Of a DNA stretch of 64,000 bases, positions 1 to 9,567 are shown in pieces. Within the stretch, counting starts at the first letter, position 1. Each line of letters opens with the position of its first letter. Below the pieces are notes generated by a model. It saw nothing but the letters and a program-made list of their open reading frames with translations. It made no database searches and was not told the origin of the DNA. The stretch is from a virus (lineage: Duplodnaviria > Heunggongvirae > Uroviricota > Caudoviricetes): IMG/VR virus record IMGVR_UViG_650377940_000003, positions 87,323 to 151,322 of that record; one strand, 5' to 3'. The position numbers were made by a program, and so were the translations under genes.

Positions 1-32
1 CCGAAAAATATTTGTAAGCTTGGTATCGTAGA

Positions 33-356
33 TTGAGAGGAAATTTGAAAATGAATAACGCTCGTAGAAAAGCTATTAAGCAGACTATTGATCGTTTTGA
101 TTCCATCCGTAAGAAACTGGATGAGCTTGTAGCAGAGGTCGAAAGTGTAAAGTCTGACGTTGAGGATATCCAGTGGGAAGAAGAAGAGTATCGTGATAAT
201 ATGCCGGAGAACCTGCAGGGAAGTGAACGATACGATAAGGCAGATAATGCTTGCACGAATCTGTCTGATGCTGTGGATGCTCTGGATGATATGATTGGTG
301 CTCTGGATTTTGACTTTGGTGATGTGACTACATCTCTGGAGGAAGCAATGGAATGA
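33..356 (+). CDS. hypothetical phage protein (acidic, helical)
   Basis: ORF with GAGG-type RBS upstream; no recognisable motif. Confidence 0.3.
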   Translation: MRGNLKMNNARRKAIKQTIDRFDSIRKKLDELVAEVESVKSDVEDIQWEEEEYRDNMPENLQGSERYDKADNACTNLSDAVDALDDMIGALDFDFGDVTTSLEEAME

Positions 357-635
357 TTAAGGCCACATATCCATTGAAAAGAAGTGCATGGGCTGTGTTC
401 TTGTACAGAGGCAGGCAAGTTTGTTCATATCTTTTGCGTAATAGCAATCTTGGGGACAAGGAACGTATGGTAGAGTTGCTGGCACGAAGGTACATGACAG
501 AGCCTGAGAATATTGTTGTAGATATTGAATTTAGAAATTGAGGTGATAAAGAATGACCGCGTTTATGATGTTTACTTTCAATGTGGCACTGATAATAGCA
601 GTGAATAGTAATCCGTTTGCATTTTAAGTGGAGAC

Positions 636-869
636 ATGAATATGAAAGAGCTGGAAGAAATTTACAATCGATTATATGATGAATACATTGACGCTAGACG
701 AGAGCATATTAAGTCTACTCTCGATATGAAAAAGAATGGTGACAGAATATATCTACATGGAAAAATGCATGGGTTAGAAATTGCTATTAGCATCGTCGAT
801 GAAGTGCTAAATGGGGATAAGGCAGAATGTATCAAGGAAGCTTTTGACGTAGACCCATATAAAACCTAA
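636..869 (+). CDS. hypothetical phage protein
   Basis: ORF with RBS; no motif recognised. Confidence 0.3.
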   Translation: MNMKELEEIYNRLYDEYIDARREHIKSTLDMKKNGDRIYLHGKMHGLEIAISIVDEVLNGDKAECIKEAFDVDPYKT

Positions 870-890
870 ATTCTTTGGAGGAAAAACTAA

Positions 891-1409
891 ATGATTATTA
901 CTATGTATCGAAGAAAATGGAAATTCTCGGTAATGAACGCAGAAGATGCAGAAAACTTTATCCGACAGCCACATTTTGAACGAATTCGGTTCATCTCAAT
1001 CACTGAAGCTAATGGTTATCATATTGATTTTCATAAGTGTAAGGGCAATATTACTTTTCTACCGCTGAAGTTTGATGATTGCACTACTGATTTAGAAGGC
1101 ACCTGTATCACTGATGTTCAAGCTAAGAATATCGTGAATTTTGTTCTGGACAACCATGAGGAAGATAAGACAGATTGGTTCTGCGTGAATTGTGGTGCTG
1201 GTAAATCAAGATCTGCAGCTGTGTGCGCTGCTGTTATGAAAATTCTGTGTAATGATGATATGCCGGTATTTACAAACAGCTACTTCGATCCGAATATGAC
1301 GGTGTACAGAGAGGTGCTAAATGCTTGGGTTAACCGTCTGTCTGATGAAAATGAAAGTGTTTCGACTGAGATACGGAATACTGTAAATAAAGATATAGTA
1401 GAGGAGTAA
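891..1409 (+). CDS. CX5R-motif phosphatase-like protein (PTP/DSP/rhodanese superfamily)
   Basis: Active-site-like loop C-G-A-G-K-S-R-S (CxxGxxRS) within FCVNCGAGKSRSAAV. Confidence 0.4.
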   Translation: MIITMYRRKWKFSVMNAEDAENFIRQPHFERIRFISITEANGYHIDFHKCKGNITFLPLKFDDCTTDLEGTCITDVQAKNIVNFVLDNHEEDKTDWFCVNCGAGKSRSAAVCAAVMKILCNDDMPVFTNSYFDPNMTVYREVLNAWVNRLSDENESVSTEIRNTVNKDIVEE

Positions 1410-1412
1410 AAC

Positions 1413-1676
1413 ATGAAATACACAAAGCGTGAAATCATTAGCGCATATCGAATTCTCACGAAGAATATTCAACAGAATGATCTCGGCTGGCGTGGAAAAA
1501 TGATTTTAAGTGATGTGCTTGATGACTATTTCAGCCGTATTGATGGTGAAATAGTTGTTGTCGATCCAAAGTATGGAAATTTTCGTTGTCCAAAATGCAA
1601 TACGGTAATTACGAGTAGGTATGATCACTATTGCAGAGATTGTGGTCAGAAGTTTGATTGGAGAGAAACAAGATGA
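1413..1676 (+). CDS. zinc-ribbon protein
   Basis: CPKC...CRDCG paired cysteine motifs. Confidence 0.35.
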   Translation: MKYTKREIISAYRILTKNIQQNDLGWRGKMILSDVLDDYFSRIDGEIVVVDPKYGNFRCPKCNTVITSRYDHYCRDCGQKFDWRETR

Positions 1677-2193
1677 AGATTGATTTGACTCTTAATGAAG
1701 CACGAGTAATCCAAGACGCACTTGATGCGACGAGCCTGTGCCGTTCTGGATGCTACATGGGTTACAAGAGTGGTGATGAGGATTTGTGTTTCAAACTTGA
1801 TAAGGATGGAAATTATCGCTGCAAGCTAATGCGAGAAATTGATTCTATCAATGGCAAGCTTGAGGATGTAATAAATAAAGGCCGATAAAATCCGGGTTCT
1901 TGTGGATACTTAACAAAAGGATGTGCAGACCGATGATATAACTATTGATGACGTAGGATTATTAGTAAAATTTTGGTAATTTTGATAATTGTGTTGAATA
2001 ATCTCTTTGTGCGGTGTATGCTTGAGACAACCTCAATACAAGATGGTCAAGCCAAAAGAATGTGAGGTTAATATAATGTGGATTATGATAATTTTACTTA
2101 TGGTATTGGATGCCGTGTACGCACTTAGTCTGTTAGGAGCGCTTTCCGATGCCGATGATCAGAGTGGGCGGCTGGAAATGAAACAGGGAAGGA

Positions 2194-2433
2194 ATGGTCG
2201 AAATGGATAATTTGAAACCGTGTCCATTTTGCGGTGGAGAAGTTACTATTGCAGAGGGCGGTTATCGCCAAACACGATGGATGTATGTTACGAGAGGAAA
2301 CAAAGAAAATAGGTGCAACTGCTATGTTATCATGGAAAGCAAAACTTACGACTTTGATTCCTCTGAAATGGAAAAAGCAAAAATTAAAGCCGATCTTATC
2401 GAAGCATGGAATAAACGGATTTATAAAAACTAA
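2194..2433 (+). CDS. Lar-family restriction-alleviation-like zinc-ribbon protein
   Basis: N-terminal LKPCPFCGG motif typical of small Lar-family proteins; 79 aa; in the phage accessory arm. Confidence 0.4.
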   Translation: MVEMDNLKPCPFCGGEVTIAEGGYRQTRWMYVTRGNKENRCNCYVIMESKTYDFDSSEMEKAKIKADLIEAWNKRIYKN

Positions 2434-2453
2434 GTTCTAATAGAGGTGATTCT

Positions 2454-3207
2454 ATGACAAGAAATGAATTGTTTGGAGCGTTATGCTTCCCAGAATATAG
2501 TTTTCTTCGGGAGAATGAGCATCTTGGCAAGCATATGATGTTCGTAACGGTCGGTGGCAGTCATGCTTACGGGACAAATGTTGAGGGCTCAGATCTTGAC
2601 ATTCGAGGTGTAGCATTGAATTCAAAAGAAGACCTTCTTGGTCTCGGTGAGTTTGAGCATTATGTGGACACTCAGACCGATACAACGATTTATAGCTTTA
2701 ACAAAGCTGTGAAATTGATGTGCAGTGGAAATCCCAATATGCTGGAACAGTTAGGAAATGCCGATGAACTCGTTATTAGCTATAACCCAATGACGCAGCT
2801 ACTTATGGACAACAAAAACCTATTCCTTTCAAAGCGTGTGATTTTACTCGTTTGGAGGTTTTGCAGGCAAGCTGATTCAGAAGTCTGATACATTAGACAA
2901 AGATCCAATCTACCATAATTCAAAGAAAATGCACAAGACGGTAATGAATGCAGTTCGTGTATACCTGATGCTCTTTGACATCTTGGAAAAAGGTGAAATT
3001 AAAACCTATCGAGACAATGATCATAACTTCCTGACGCAGCTTCGCAACGGTGAATATGATTACAAAGAGATTCGTCAGCAACTGATTCCGGCCTATGAAA
3101 GCAGATTGTCAGTTGACAAGAGCGAGACTTACCTGCCGGACAATGTTGATTGGAAGCGGGTCAACGAGCTTGTGATGACCGTAAATGAGGAGTCTTTAAA
3201 GATCTGA
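2454..3207 (+). pseudogene. nucleotidyltransferase (Pol-beta superfamily, GS..DxD motif) interrupted by an apparent 1-nt frameshift near 2842
   Basis: Frame 0 encodes GGSHAYGTNVEGSDLDIRGV (NTase motif) and decays to nonsense after ...LFLSKRV; frame +1 is open from 2842 with protein-like sequence FYSFGGFAGKLIQ... continuing into ORF 2929..3207; junction at T4 run 2842-2845. Confidence 0.5.
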
Positions 3208-3231
3208 TAAAACCAATATTTTTGAAAGGAA

Positions 3232-3858
3232 GTGATTCTTATTAACTCTAATTTGTTAATAAATCGTGAGCAAAGTATTGCTATTGTGTGTATAATGTGC
3301 CTGCTGGCGGGGAATCTTGTATCGAAGATCAGTCCGGTAATTCAGAATCATGGTGATTCATACCTTTATAATAATAGCCCTCCGGCAGTGAGTGTAGTGC
3401 AGCAAGAGGAAAAGGAGCCAGAAGTCATTGTAGAAACCGTTACTGAGATGCGGATTGTAAACTTTGGTCAGGGCAAACATAAACTCACTGATGACGAACG
3501 TGCTCTTGCGGAGCAGATCGTTGCTTGTGAAGCAGGTGCTGACAGTTTGGAAGGCCAGATGGCTGTGGCCCAATGCCTTTATGATTCCGCTGTACTTGAT
3601 AGTCTAACCATCCAGCAGGTCTTTAAGAAGTATGGTTATAGTTCCTTATATAATAGGAAGGTGACGGCAGAGAACGAACTGGCTGTGTCTATGGTGTTTG
3701 ATTACGGCGCTAAGATTTCAGACAAACCTATTCAATGGTTTGTAACCCCGGCGGCTGCTCCAGGCAGTTGGCACGAGCGCGGAGCAACCTTTGCTGGACA
3801 ATTTGGCGCACACAGGTTTTATTATGACGCGAAGCTGGTTGTGGATGATGCTGAGTAA
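3232..3858 (+). CDS. cell wall hydrolase, SleB/Hydrolase_2-like, with N-terminal TM/signal
   Basis: ERALAEQIVACEAGADSLEGQMAVAQCLYDS and C-terminal W..TP....G.H.FY pattern typical of SleB-type hydrolases; start codon uncertain. Confidence 0.55.
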   Translation: MILINSNLLINREQSIAIVCIMCLLAGNLVSKISPVIQNHGDSYLYNNSPPAVSVVQQEEKEPEVIVETVTEMRIVNFGQGKHKLTDDERALAEQIVACEAGADSLEGQMAVAQCLYDSAVLDSLTIQQVFKKYGYSSLYNRKVTAENELAVSMVFDYGAKISDKPIQWFVTPAAAPGSWHERGATFAGQFGAHRFYYDAKLVVDDAE

Positions 3859-3982
3859 ATGGCATCATCTAAAATTTTGATAAAGTAGCACAACAAAATG
3901 GTGTGGTACATATTGACGAAAACAAAAAGATGTGTATAATATATCTTGGAAGTTGTTTATGTGATCGGAAGGCGGTATTTCG

Positions 3983-4309
3983 ATGAGTGAGAAAAAGGTT
4001 TTGGGAGTTATACAGGTTGAGAACTTTTTGAAGTACATAAGAAAAAAGCGAGTGTGGGTCTGTTTTATTTGCAATGGTGTGGATGTTCACATGATCTGCA
4101 AAAAGATGGACGACATTGGCGTAGAGACGCATGGGATTGTCAAAGGCATTGGATTTTTTGGAAACGAAAGTCATATTGAGTTGCGGCAAGAATGTCACGA
4201 AGTAAGGAGGGTTGAGTTTAGGCCGGGCGATAAAGAGAAAGCGTATGAGATGATATTCGATAACACCAGCGTGTTCGTATCAGAGAATCCAGAGTTGTAC
4301 GGGCACTAA
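3983..4309 (+). CDS. hypothetical protein
   Basis: ORF with RBS; Cys/His rich. Confidence 0.25.
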   Translation: MSEKKVLGVIQVENFLKYIRKKRVWVCFICNGVDVHMICKKMDDIGVETHGIVKGIGFFGNESHIELRQECHEVRRVEFRPGDKEKAYEMIFDNTSVFVSENPELYGH

Positions 4310-4328
4310 AAATATTTTTGAAAACCTA

Positions 4329-4357
4329 TTGACTTCTGTAAAGGTATCCTGTATAAT
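4329..4357 (+). promoter_or_regulatory. consensus sigma70/sigmaA promoter TTGACT-17-TATAAT overlapping an inverted copy of the phage motif
   Basis: TTGACT at 4329-4334, 17-nt spacer, TATAAT at 4352-4357; drives the MazF-like gene. Confidence 0.7.
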
Positions 4358-4400
4358 ATAGCTATGGAACGGAGCTACACTATTATAGAGGAGAAAGACT

Positions 4401-4820
4401 ATGGACAACAATATTGACCCAAAGGTCGGAGAGGTTTGGTTGGTTGATCTATCCAATGCGACAGGTCATCAGCAGCGCGGTATTCGACCGTTCGTTGTGA
4501 CGAGCAACAATAAGCGCAACTTCTTTAGTCCAACAATTAAAGGGAATCCGTTGTCTTCCAGAATATACAAGCGCTCTCCGGTTCATGTTCTACTCTCAAA
4601 GGAAGATTGTGATTTCCTAGAGGTTGATAGTATCGTTCTATGTGAAGAGACTGATACACTTAACAAAGGACAGTTCATTAAAAAACTTGGTGTCTTGTCG
4701 GAGCGTCAGATGAATATGATCGCAATGGCAAGATGCAAGGATGAACCGTTTTTGCTTGCAGCATTCCTGAGCGGCGTACAACATACCATGGAATTTCAGA
4801 ATTTTGCCGCATTTGCTTGA
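4401..4820 (+). CDS. MazF/PemK/Kid-family endoribonuclease toxin homolog (solitary)
   Basis: GEVWLVDLSNATGHQQRGIRPFVVTS matches Kid/PemK signature GEIWLV.LDPT.GHEQ.G.RP..IV; no antitoxin-like ORF adjacent. Confidence 0.65.
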   Translation: MDNNIDPKVGEVWLVDLSNATGHQQRGIRPFVVTSNNKRNFFSPTIKGNPLSSRIYKRSPVHVLLSKEDCDFLEVDSIVLCEETDTLNKGQFIKKLGVLSERQMNMIAMARCKDEPFLLAAFLSGVQHTMEFQNFAAFA

Positions 4821-4873
4821 TTTTTTATAAGGTTTAATGGTACACTACATATAATAAGAAGGAGTGTGCCACT

Positions 4874-5800
4874 ATGCTTACTGAAGAAAAAATCAAAGCT
4901 TTTGCCGAAAAGTATTCTGATAGAAGCGGTGAGTTTGTTGCATCGACGATGCGTCACGTCATGGATTACGAGGCCGAGCGTGGGTATGAGTTGTTTGACT
5001 TCACAAAAGATGATTTCGTAAAGATGTTTGCCAAATATAATTGGGTGAATTCGAGTCGTTCGTTTAAAAATGTGAAGTCAATAATCACAGGCTACATCAA
5101 AAGTGAAAACGAAACAAGCATGTATGATCTGGCTGACTTTTCAGAGAGCGATGTAAGCGCAGATGATATGTACAATGACAGTTATTTTGCGTCGGTTGAC
5201 GAATTTGTTGACTTCTTAAATAAGTACGAAGAGCCATATCAGATTCGTATGAACGTAATTGCTGTTTTGTACTGGATTGGTCTTACTTCCGATGAGATTT
5301 CTAATCTAACAATTAACGATGTGGATTTTGAATCTAATACCGTTCTTGATAAGACTGATGTTGACGCAAGGTTAATGGATATTATCAAGCAATGTTACGA
5401 GATGAAACAGTATGATGCCCCCAATAAGAGCGGTTATAGAACATTTTATGTCATGAATGGCGATTATATCCTACGCAAAACGAAGGATAAACCCGGTGTA
5501 AACAGTGATCCAAAGACGTCTATAATTTCAATTCATGTCTATTTTTCGAGGTTGAACGATATCCTCGAAAAAAGGCATCATTCAAAAACCTTAGATCAAA
5601 GATATTTAGCCAGAAATTGTGAGTATATCAAGGTTTATAACTACTGTAAAACTCATCCAAAATTTAATCTTGCAGAACTTAGTTTCGGAAATGGTAAAGG
5701 TCCTCTTGCGGACATTATCGGAAGAAAGTGCAGTAAAGTTGCCTATCTTAGTTTCCGGCAAGGATATAAAGGTTGGGTTGAATATTTCCATGAAAATTAA
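4874..5800 (+). CDS. hypothetical protein with tyrosine-recombinase box-I-like segment (likely non-catalytic)
   Basis: IRMNVIAVLYWIGLTSDEISNLTINDVDF resembles integrase core-binding/box I region; no clear RHRY. Confidence 0.25.
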   Translation: MLTEEKIKAFAEKYSDRSGEFVASTMRHVMDYEAERGYELFDFTKDDFVKMFAKYNWVNSSRSFKNVKSIITGYIKSENETSMYDLADFSESDVSADDMYNDSYFASVDEFVDFLNKYEEPYQIRMNVIAVLYWIGLTSDEISNLTINDVDFESNTVLDKTDVDARLMDIIKQCYEMKQYDAPNKSGYRTFYVMNGDYILRKTKDKPGVNSDPKTSIISIHVYFSRLNDILEKRHHSKTLDQRYLARNCEYIKVYNYCKTHPKFNLAELSFGNGKGPLADIIGRKCSKVAYLSFRQGYKGWVEYFHEN

Positions 5801-5833
5801 AAACAGGGGGCTTCGGCCCCTTCATTTTAACAT

Positions 5834-5856
5834 GCTAACTATATAACACAGGATAC
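5834..5856 (+). promoter_or_regulatory. phage conserved motif copy (ACTATATAACACAGGATAC)
   Basis: One of 7 copies of core TAWWYACAGGATAC; 16 nt upstream of RBS of the Pnkp-ligase gene. Confidence 0.6.
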
Positions 5857-5877
5857 CTATTAGAAAGGGAGATGCAG

Positions 5878-8091
5878 ATGAGAACACTTTTACTGTTCCG
5901 TGGAGCACCCGGTTGCGGGAAGTCCACCTATATTAAAGAGCATAATCTTGAGCAGTACGTATTGAGTGCTGATACACTTCGCCTTATGTGCCAGAGCGCA
6001 CAGGAAACACCTGATGGGCAGATGGAGATTTCTCCGCAGAATGATGATGTTGTATGGGAGATGCTTTTCAAACTGCTTGAGGTGCGGATGAGCCATGGCG
6101 AGTTTACTGTGATTGATGCAACGAATTCCAAGACGGTCGAAATGAATTGTTATAAGAATCTTGCAAAACAGTATCGTTATCGGATGTATGTTATTGATAT
6201 GACGGACCTTCCGATCGAGGAATGCAAACGAAGAAACGCTCAGAGAGAATGGCTAAAGCGAGTTCCTGAAGCGGCTATTGATAAGATGTACGCTCGGTTT
6301 GCTACTCAAAAAGTTCCTTCTGGCGTGACAGTTCTTCCTTCTACTACGGATGTGATGTCCGATTTGAACTACTGCCCGAATGACTTTAACCAGTGGAAAA
6401 AGATACATATCATCGGTGATATTCATGGCTGCTATACCTGCTTGAGTGAATACCTTGGTGAGATGAAGGACGACGAGCTTTATATCTTCGTTGGTGATTA
6501 TCTCGATCGTGGCATCGAAAACGTTGAGGTATTCAAGTTCTTGTGTGATGTTGTAAATAACAACCGCAAGAATGTGATCCTTTTGGAAGGGAACCACGAG
6601 CATTGGCTGAACAAGTGGGGGCATGATAAACCGGTTCAAAGTGAAGAGTTTGCAAACTACACTCGTCCGCAGCTCTTTAAAGCCGGTATTGACAAGAACA
6701 CTGCTCGTAAGATCTATTCCAGAGTCGGCCAGTGTGTCTACTTTGAGTATGATGGTAAGCGGTATTTCGTAAGTCACGGTGGTCTGAGCTATCTTCCTTA
6801 TTTTCTTCCGTTCGTGTCTGCGGATCAGATGATTAAAGGCGTAGGCCGCTATCCTGATATACTGACCGTGGCTGAGTCTTGGGAAAAGTCGATGCCGGAT
6901 AGCTATATTCAGATCTTCGGCCATCGAAATGTACAGGATGTTCCTATTGATATGGGTCATCGGTGCTACAATCTTGAAGGCAAAATCGAGTTTGGTGGAT
7001 ATCTTCGTTGTGTGGAGCTTGAACACGGTCAGCCTATCAAATGCGTAGAAACCAAGAATGATGTATTCCGAAAAGAGGAGCCAAAGACTGAAACTGCCGT
7101 TGAAATGAAAACTGAGTTCGATAACGCAGAACTTGTTAGTAAGATGCGTCAAAGCAAATATGTGTTTGAGAAGCGATTCGGAGATATTTCTTCTTTCAAC
7201 TTCTCTCGTGAAGCATTTTATAAGAAGCACTGGGATGAGGTTTCTACCAAAGCAAGAGGGTTGTTCATTAACACAAAGACGAATAAGATTGTAGCTCGAA
7301 GCTATGATAAGTTCTTTGCGGTTGATGAGCGGAATGAAACGAGAATTGGAAACCTACAGAACACTTTGAAGTTCCCGGTGACTGCATATCTAAAAGAGAA
7401 CGGATTTCTTGGTATCATTTCGTATGATGCAGAACAGGATGGTCTGTTCATTGCAAGTAAATCCACTCCTGATGGGCCTTTTGCAGATATGTTCCGAAAG
7501 ATTCTCATGGATACGACTTCTGATGAAGATCGTAAGAATCTGAAAGAAGTTGCAAAAGAGAATGGCTCCATCATCTTCGAGGTGATTGATCCTGTGAATG
7601 ATGCACATATCATCGAATATAAGAAACCGCACATTGTTTTGCTGGATATTATTGCAAATGATATGAATTTCAGTGTAATGGATTATGATGATTTGAAGCG
7701 TGTAGCCGAGAAGTGTCATCTGCAGATTAAGGAGAAGGTTAAAACCTTTGAGAACTGGAGTGAATTCTATCCTTGGTACGAAGAAGTCATGAACGAGAAC
7801 TATCTGCATCATGGTTTTGAACACGTTGAAGGCTTTGTTTTGCGAGACAGCAATAATTTCATGTTTAAGCTGAAGCTTCCGTATTATAAGCACTGGAAGT
7901 TCTTGCGTGGTGTCATGCAGAGCGTTCAAAAACGTGGCTATTATGAAAATACCGCAAAGTTGTTTACTGCCGAGGATAACCTGTTCTATGGTTGGATGCG
8001 TGAACAACGAGAGAAAGATCAAGAGTCTTTCTGCAAGAAGGGTATTATTCAGCTGCGGAATGAGTTCTACGCAAGTCAGCAGAAGAGCTAA
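5878..8091 (+). CDS. trifunctional polynucleotide kinase-phosphatase-ligase (Pnkp/CthPnkp-like RNA repair enzyme)
   Basis: N-terminal P-loop GAPGCGKST kinase; central calcineurin-type phosphoesterase GDIHGC...GDYLDRG...GNHE; C-terminal nucleotidyltransferase ligase motifs KENG (I), IIFEVID (III), EGFVLRD (IV), FKLKL (V). Confidence 0.7.
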   Translation: MRTLLLFRGAPGCGKSTYIKEHNLEQYVLSADTLRLMCQSAQETPDGQMEISPQNDDVVWEMLFKLLEVRMSHGEFTVIDATNSKTVEMNCYKNLAKQYRYRMYVIDMTDLPIEECKRRNAQREWLKRVPEAAIDKMYARFATQKVPSGVTVLPSTTDVMSDLNYCPNDFNQWKKIHIIGDIHGCYTCLSEYLGEMKDDELYIFVGDYLDRGIENVEVFKFLCDVVNNNRKNVILLEGNHEHWLNKWGHDKPVQSEEFANYTRPQLFKAGIDKNTARKIYSRVGQCVYFEYDGKRYFVSHGGLSYLPYFLPFVSADQMIKGVGRYPDILTVAESWEKSMPDSYIQIFGHRNVQDVPIDMGHRCYNLEGKIEFGGYLRCVELEHGQPIKCVETKNDVFRKEEPKTETAVEMKTEFDNAELVSKMRQSKYVFEKRFGDISSFNFSREAFYKKHWDEVSTKARGLFINTKTNKIVARSYDKFFAVDERNETRIGNLQNTLKFPVTAYLKENGFLGIISYDAEQDGLFIASKSTPDGPFADMFRKILMDTTSDEDRKNLKEVAKENGSIIFEVIDPVNDAHIIEYKKPHIVLLDIIANDMNFSVMDYDDLKRVAEKCHLQIKEKVKTFENWSEFYPWYEEVMNENYLHHGFEHVEGFVLRDSNNFMFKLKLPYYKHWKFLRGVMQSVQKRGYYENTAKLFTAEDNLFYGWMREQREKDQESFCKKGIIQLRNEFYASQQKS

Positions 8092-8208
8092 ATTAAAAAA
8101 TAGACATTTTATCGTGATTTTCGTTAGAATAATTAACGAAGTATAGTGATATTTCTTCCTCCGAAAATGCCCTGCGCGGGGCTGACAGCCGGGAAAGACC
8201 GGCAATAT

Positions 8209-8293
8209 GGGGATATGGTGAAATTGGCAGCCACGCTTGATTCAAACTCAAGTGTCGAAAGACGTATCGGTTCAAATCCGATTATCCCTACCA
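8209..8293 (+). tRNA. tRNA-Leu (anticodon CAA)
   Basis: Hand-folded cloverleaf: acceptor GGGGATA/TATCCCT, anticodon loop TTCAAAC, long variable arm, T-loop TTCAAAT, CCA encoded. Confidence 0.75.
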
Positions 8294-8494
8294 TGAAGAT
8301 TAGTTGTTCTAGCTCGTTCGGGGATTGGCCGTACATTGGCGACCGGAAAGACGTCACACCGGTAAAGGACGTCAAGCCAGACAAGAAGAGAAATAAGGTG
8401 TAAGCCGACTAGCTATCGGATAAATACTCTTCGGTTCGCCAGAAAACTAGAATGTAAAACGAATGGTTGGCTGTTTCTGATCTTCTTTTTATAT

Positions 8495-8577
8495 GCGCCC
8501 GTGGTGGAATCGCAGACACAGGAGACTTAAGATCTTCTGCCAGAGATGGCGTGCGGGTTCAAGTCCCGCCGGGCGCA
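8495..8577 (+). tRNA. tRNA-Leu (anticodon TAA)
   Basis: Acceptor GCGCCCG/CGGGCGC, anticodon loop CTTAAGA, long variable arm, T-loop TTCAAGT. Confidence 0.7.
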
Positions 8578-8584
8578 TTTATAT

Positions 8585-8660
8585 CTGGGCGTAGCGAAGT
8601 TGGTATCGCACCTGTTTTGGGAACAGGGGACCGCAAGTTCAAGTCTTGTCGCTCAGACCA
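8585..8660 (+). tRNA. tRNA-Pro (anticodon TGG)
   Basis: C1:G72 acceptor typical of tRNA-Pro, anticodon loop TTTGGGA, T-loop TTCAAGT, CCA encoded. Confidence 0.7.
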
Positions 8661-8748
8661 GTCCGAAAGGGCATGTAGAATTTTTCATTCACATTATTCC
8701 CAGCTCTCTGGAAACGGAGCAGTGTGACGTAGTAAGCTGGGTATATGA

Positions 8749-8819
8749 TGCGCCATCGCCAAGCGGTAAGGCAGAGGACTTTGACTCCTCCATCACAGGT
8801 TCGACCCCTGTTGGCGCAA
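8749..8819 (+). tRNA. tRNA-Gln (anticodon TTG)
   Basis: U1:A72 acceptor TGCGCCA/TGGCGCA, anticodon loop CTTTGAC, T-loop TTCGACC. Confidence 0.65.
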
Positions 8820-8824
8820 TTTAT

Positions 8825-8906
8825 GCGGATATGGTGGAATGGCAGACACGCCAGATTTAGGATCTGGTGCTTCGGCGTGTGGGTTCGATGCCCACTATCC
8901 GCACCA
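8825..8906 (+). tRNA. tRNA-Leu (anticodon TAG)
   Basis: Acceptor GCGGATA/TATCCGC, anticodon loop ATTTAGG, long variable arm, T-loop TTCGATG, CCA. Confidence 0.75.
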
Positions 8907-9007
8907 CGGTCATGAATCGTTGTTGTTCATGGTTGAACTCCTTTGACCACTATTATTCCCGGCTCGCCAGTGATGGTGCAGTAGTGCTTTGTAAGCTGGG
9001 TTCTCAT

Positions 9008-9082
9008 GCAGCGGTCGTACAACGGCTAGTATATCAGCCTTCCAAGCTGAGGATGAGGTTTCGACTACCTTTCGCTGCTCCA
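9008..9082 (+). tRNA. tRNA-Gly (anticodon TCC)
   Basis: Acceptor GCAGCGG/TCGCTGC, D-stem GTAC/GTAT, anticodon loop CTTCCAA, T-loop TTCGACT, CCA. Confidence 0.6.
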
Positions 9083-9264
9083 ATTTCGTATGGGTAGGGA
9101 TTTTAAGCGGTCAGATCCGGCTGCGCCTGTGCGAGATACCACCCCGAAAGGGGCTAACGAAATTATCCATGTACGTTATTCTCGGTTCGCTCGAAAGAGT
9201 ACAGCGTGCCTTTGCAAGCCGAGCATCCCAGCCTAGTGATGCCAGTTGCTAGGTTGGTTCTTAT

Positions 9265-9340
9265 GCGACTGTAGTTCAATTGGCAGAGCGTCAGATTTCC
9301 AATCTGAATGTTGCGGGATCATACCCCGTCAGTCGCTCCA
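9265..9340 (+). tRNA. tRNA-like, second Gly(TCC)-type with atypical T-loop (ATCATAC)
   Basis: Acceptor GCGACTG/CAGTCGC, D-arm GTTC..GAGC, anticodon loop TTTCCAA, CCA; non-canonical T-loop, so possibly a pseudo-tRNA. Confidence 0.4.
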
Positions 9341-9567
9341 CACGCAGCCCCTTACGCTGCACCGGTTACTCAGAGCCGAAAGAAACCTATATGTTACGAC
9401 ATGGTTGCCAAGAGTGATCATATTGGAACGCGACGTAGCTTGGATAGTGAGAATTAAATTCTGAGGTATACGGCTGGATAGCTTAATGGTAAAAGCGCTC
9501 GGAAACGCCGAGAGATGAGGTTCGATTCCTCCGCTGGCATCGCGCCGACGAAAGTCGGCGTTTGCAT

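Noticed and set aside
6253-8205. Minus-strand ORFs 6253..7230 and 7390..8205 inside the Pnkp-ligase gene
   Set aside because: No RBS, hydrophobic low-complexity translations, fully overlapped by a motif-rich plus-strand gene.
9437-9540. Additional canonical tRNA in GGCTGGATAGCTTAATGGTAAAAGCG...GGTTCGATTCCTCC segment
   Set aside because: The T-arm is convincing, but no 7-nt anticodon loop or complementary acceptor stem could be folded by hand. Left as a tRNA-like or ncRNA candidate in findings rather than a feature.
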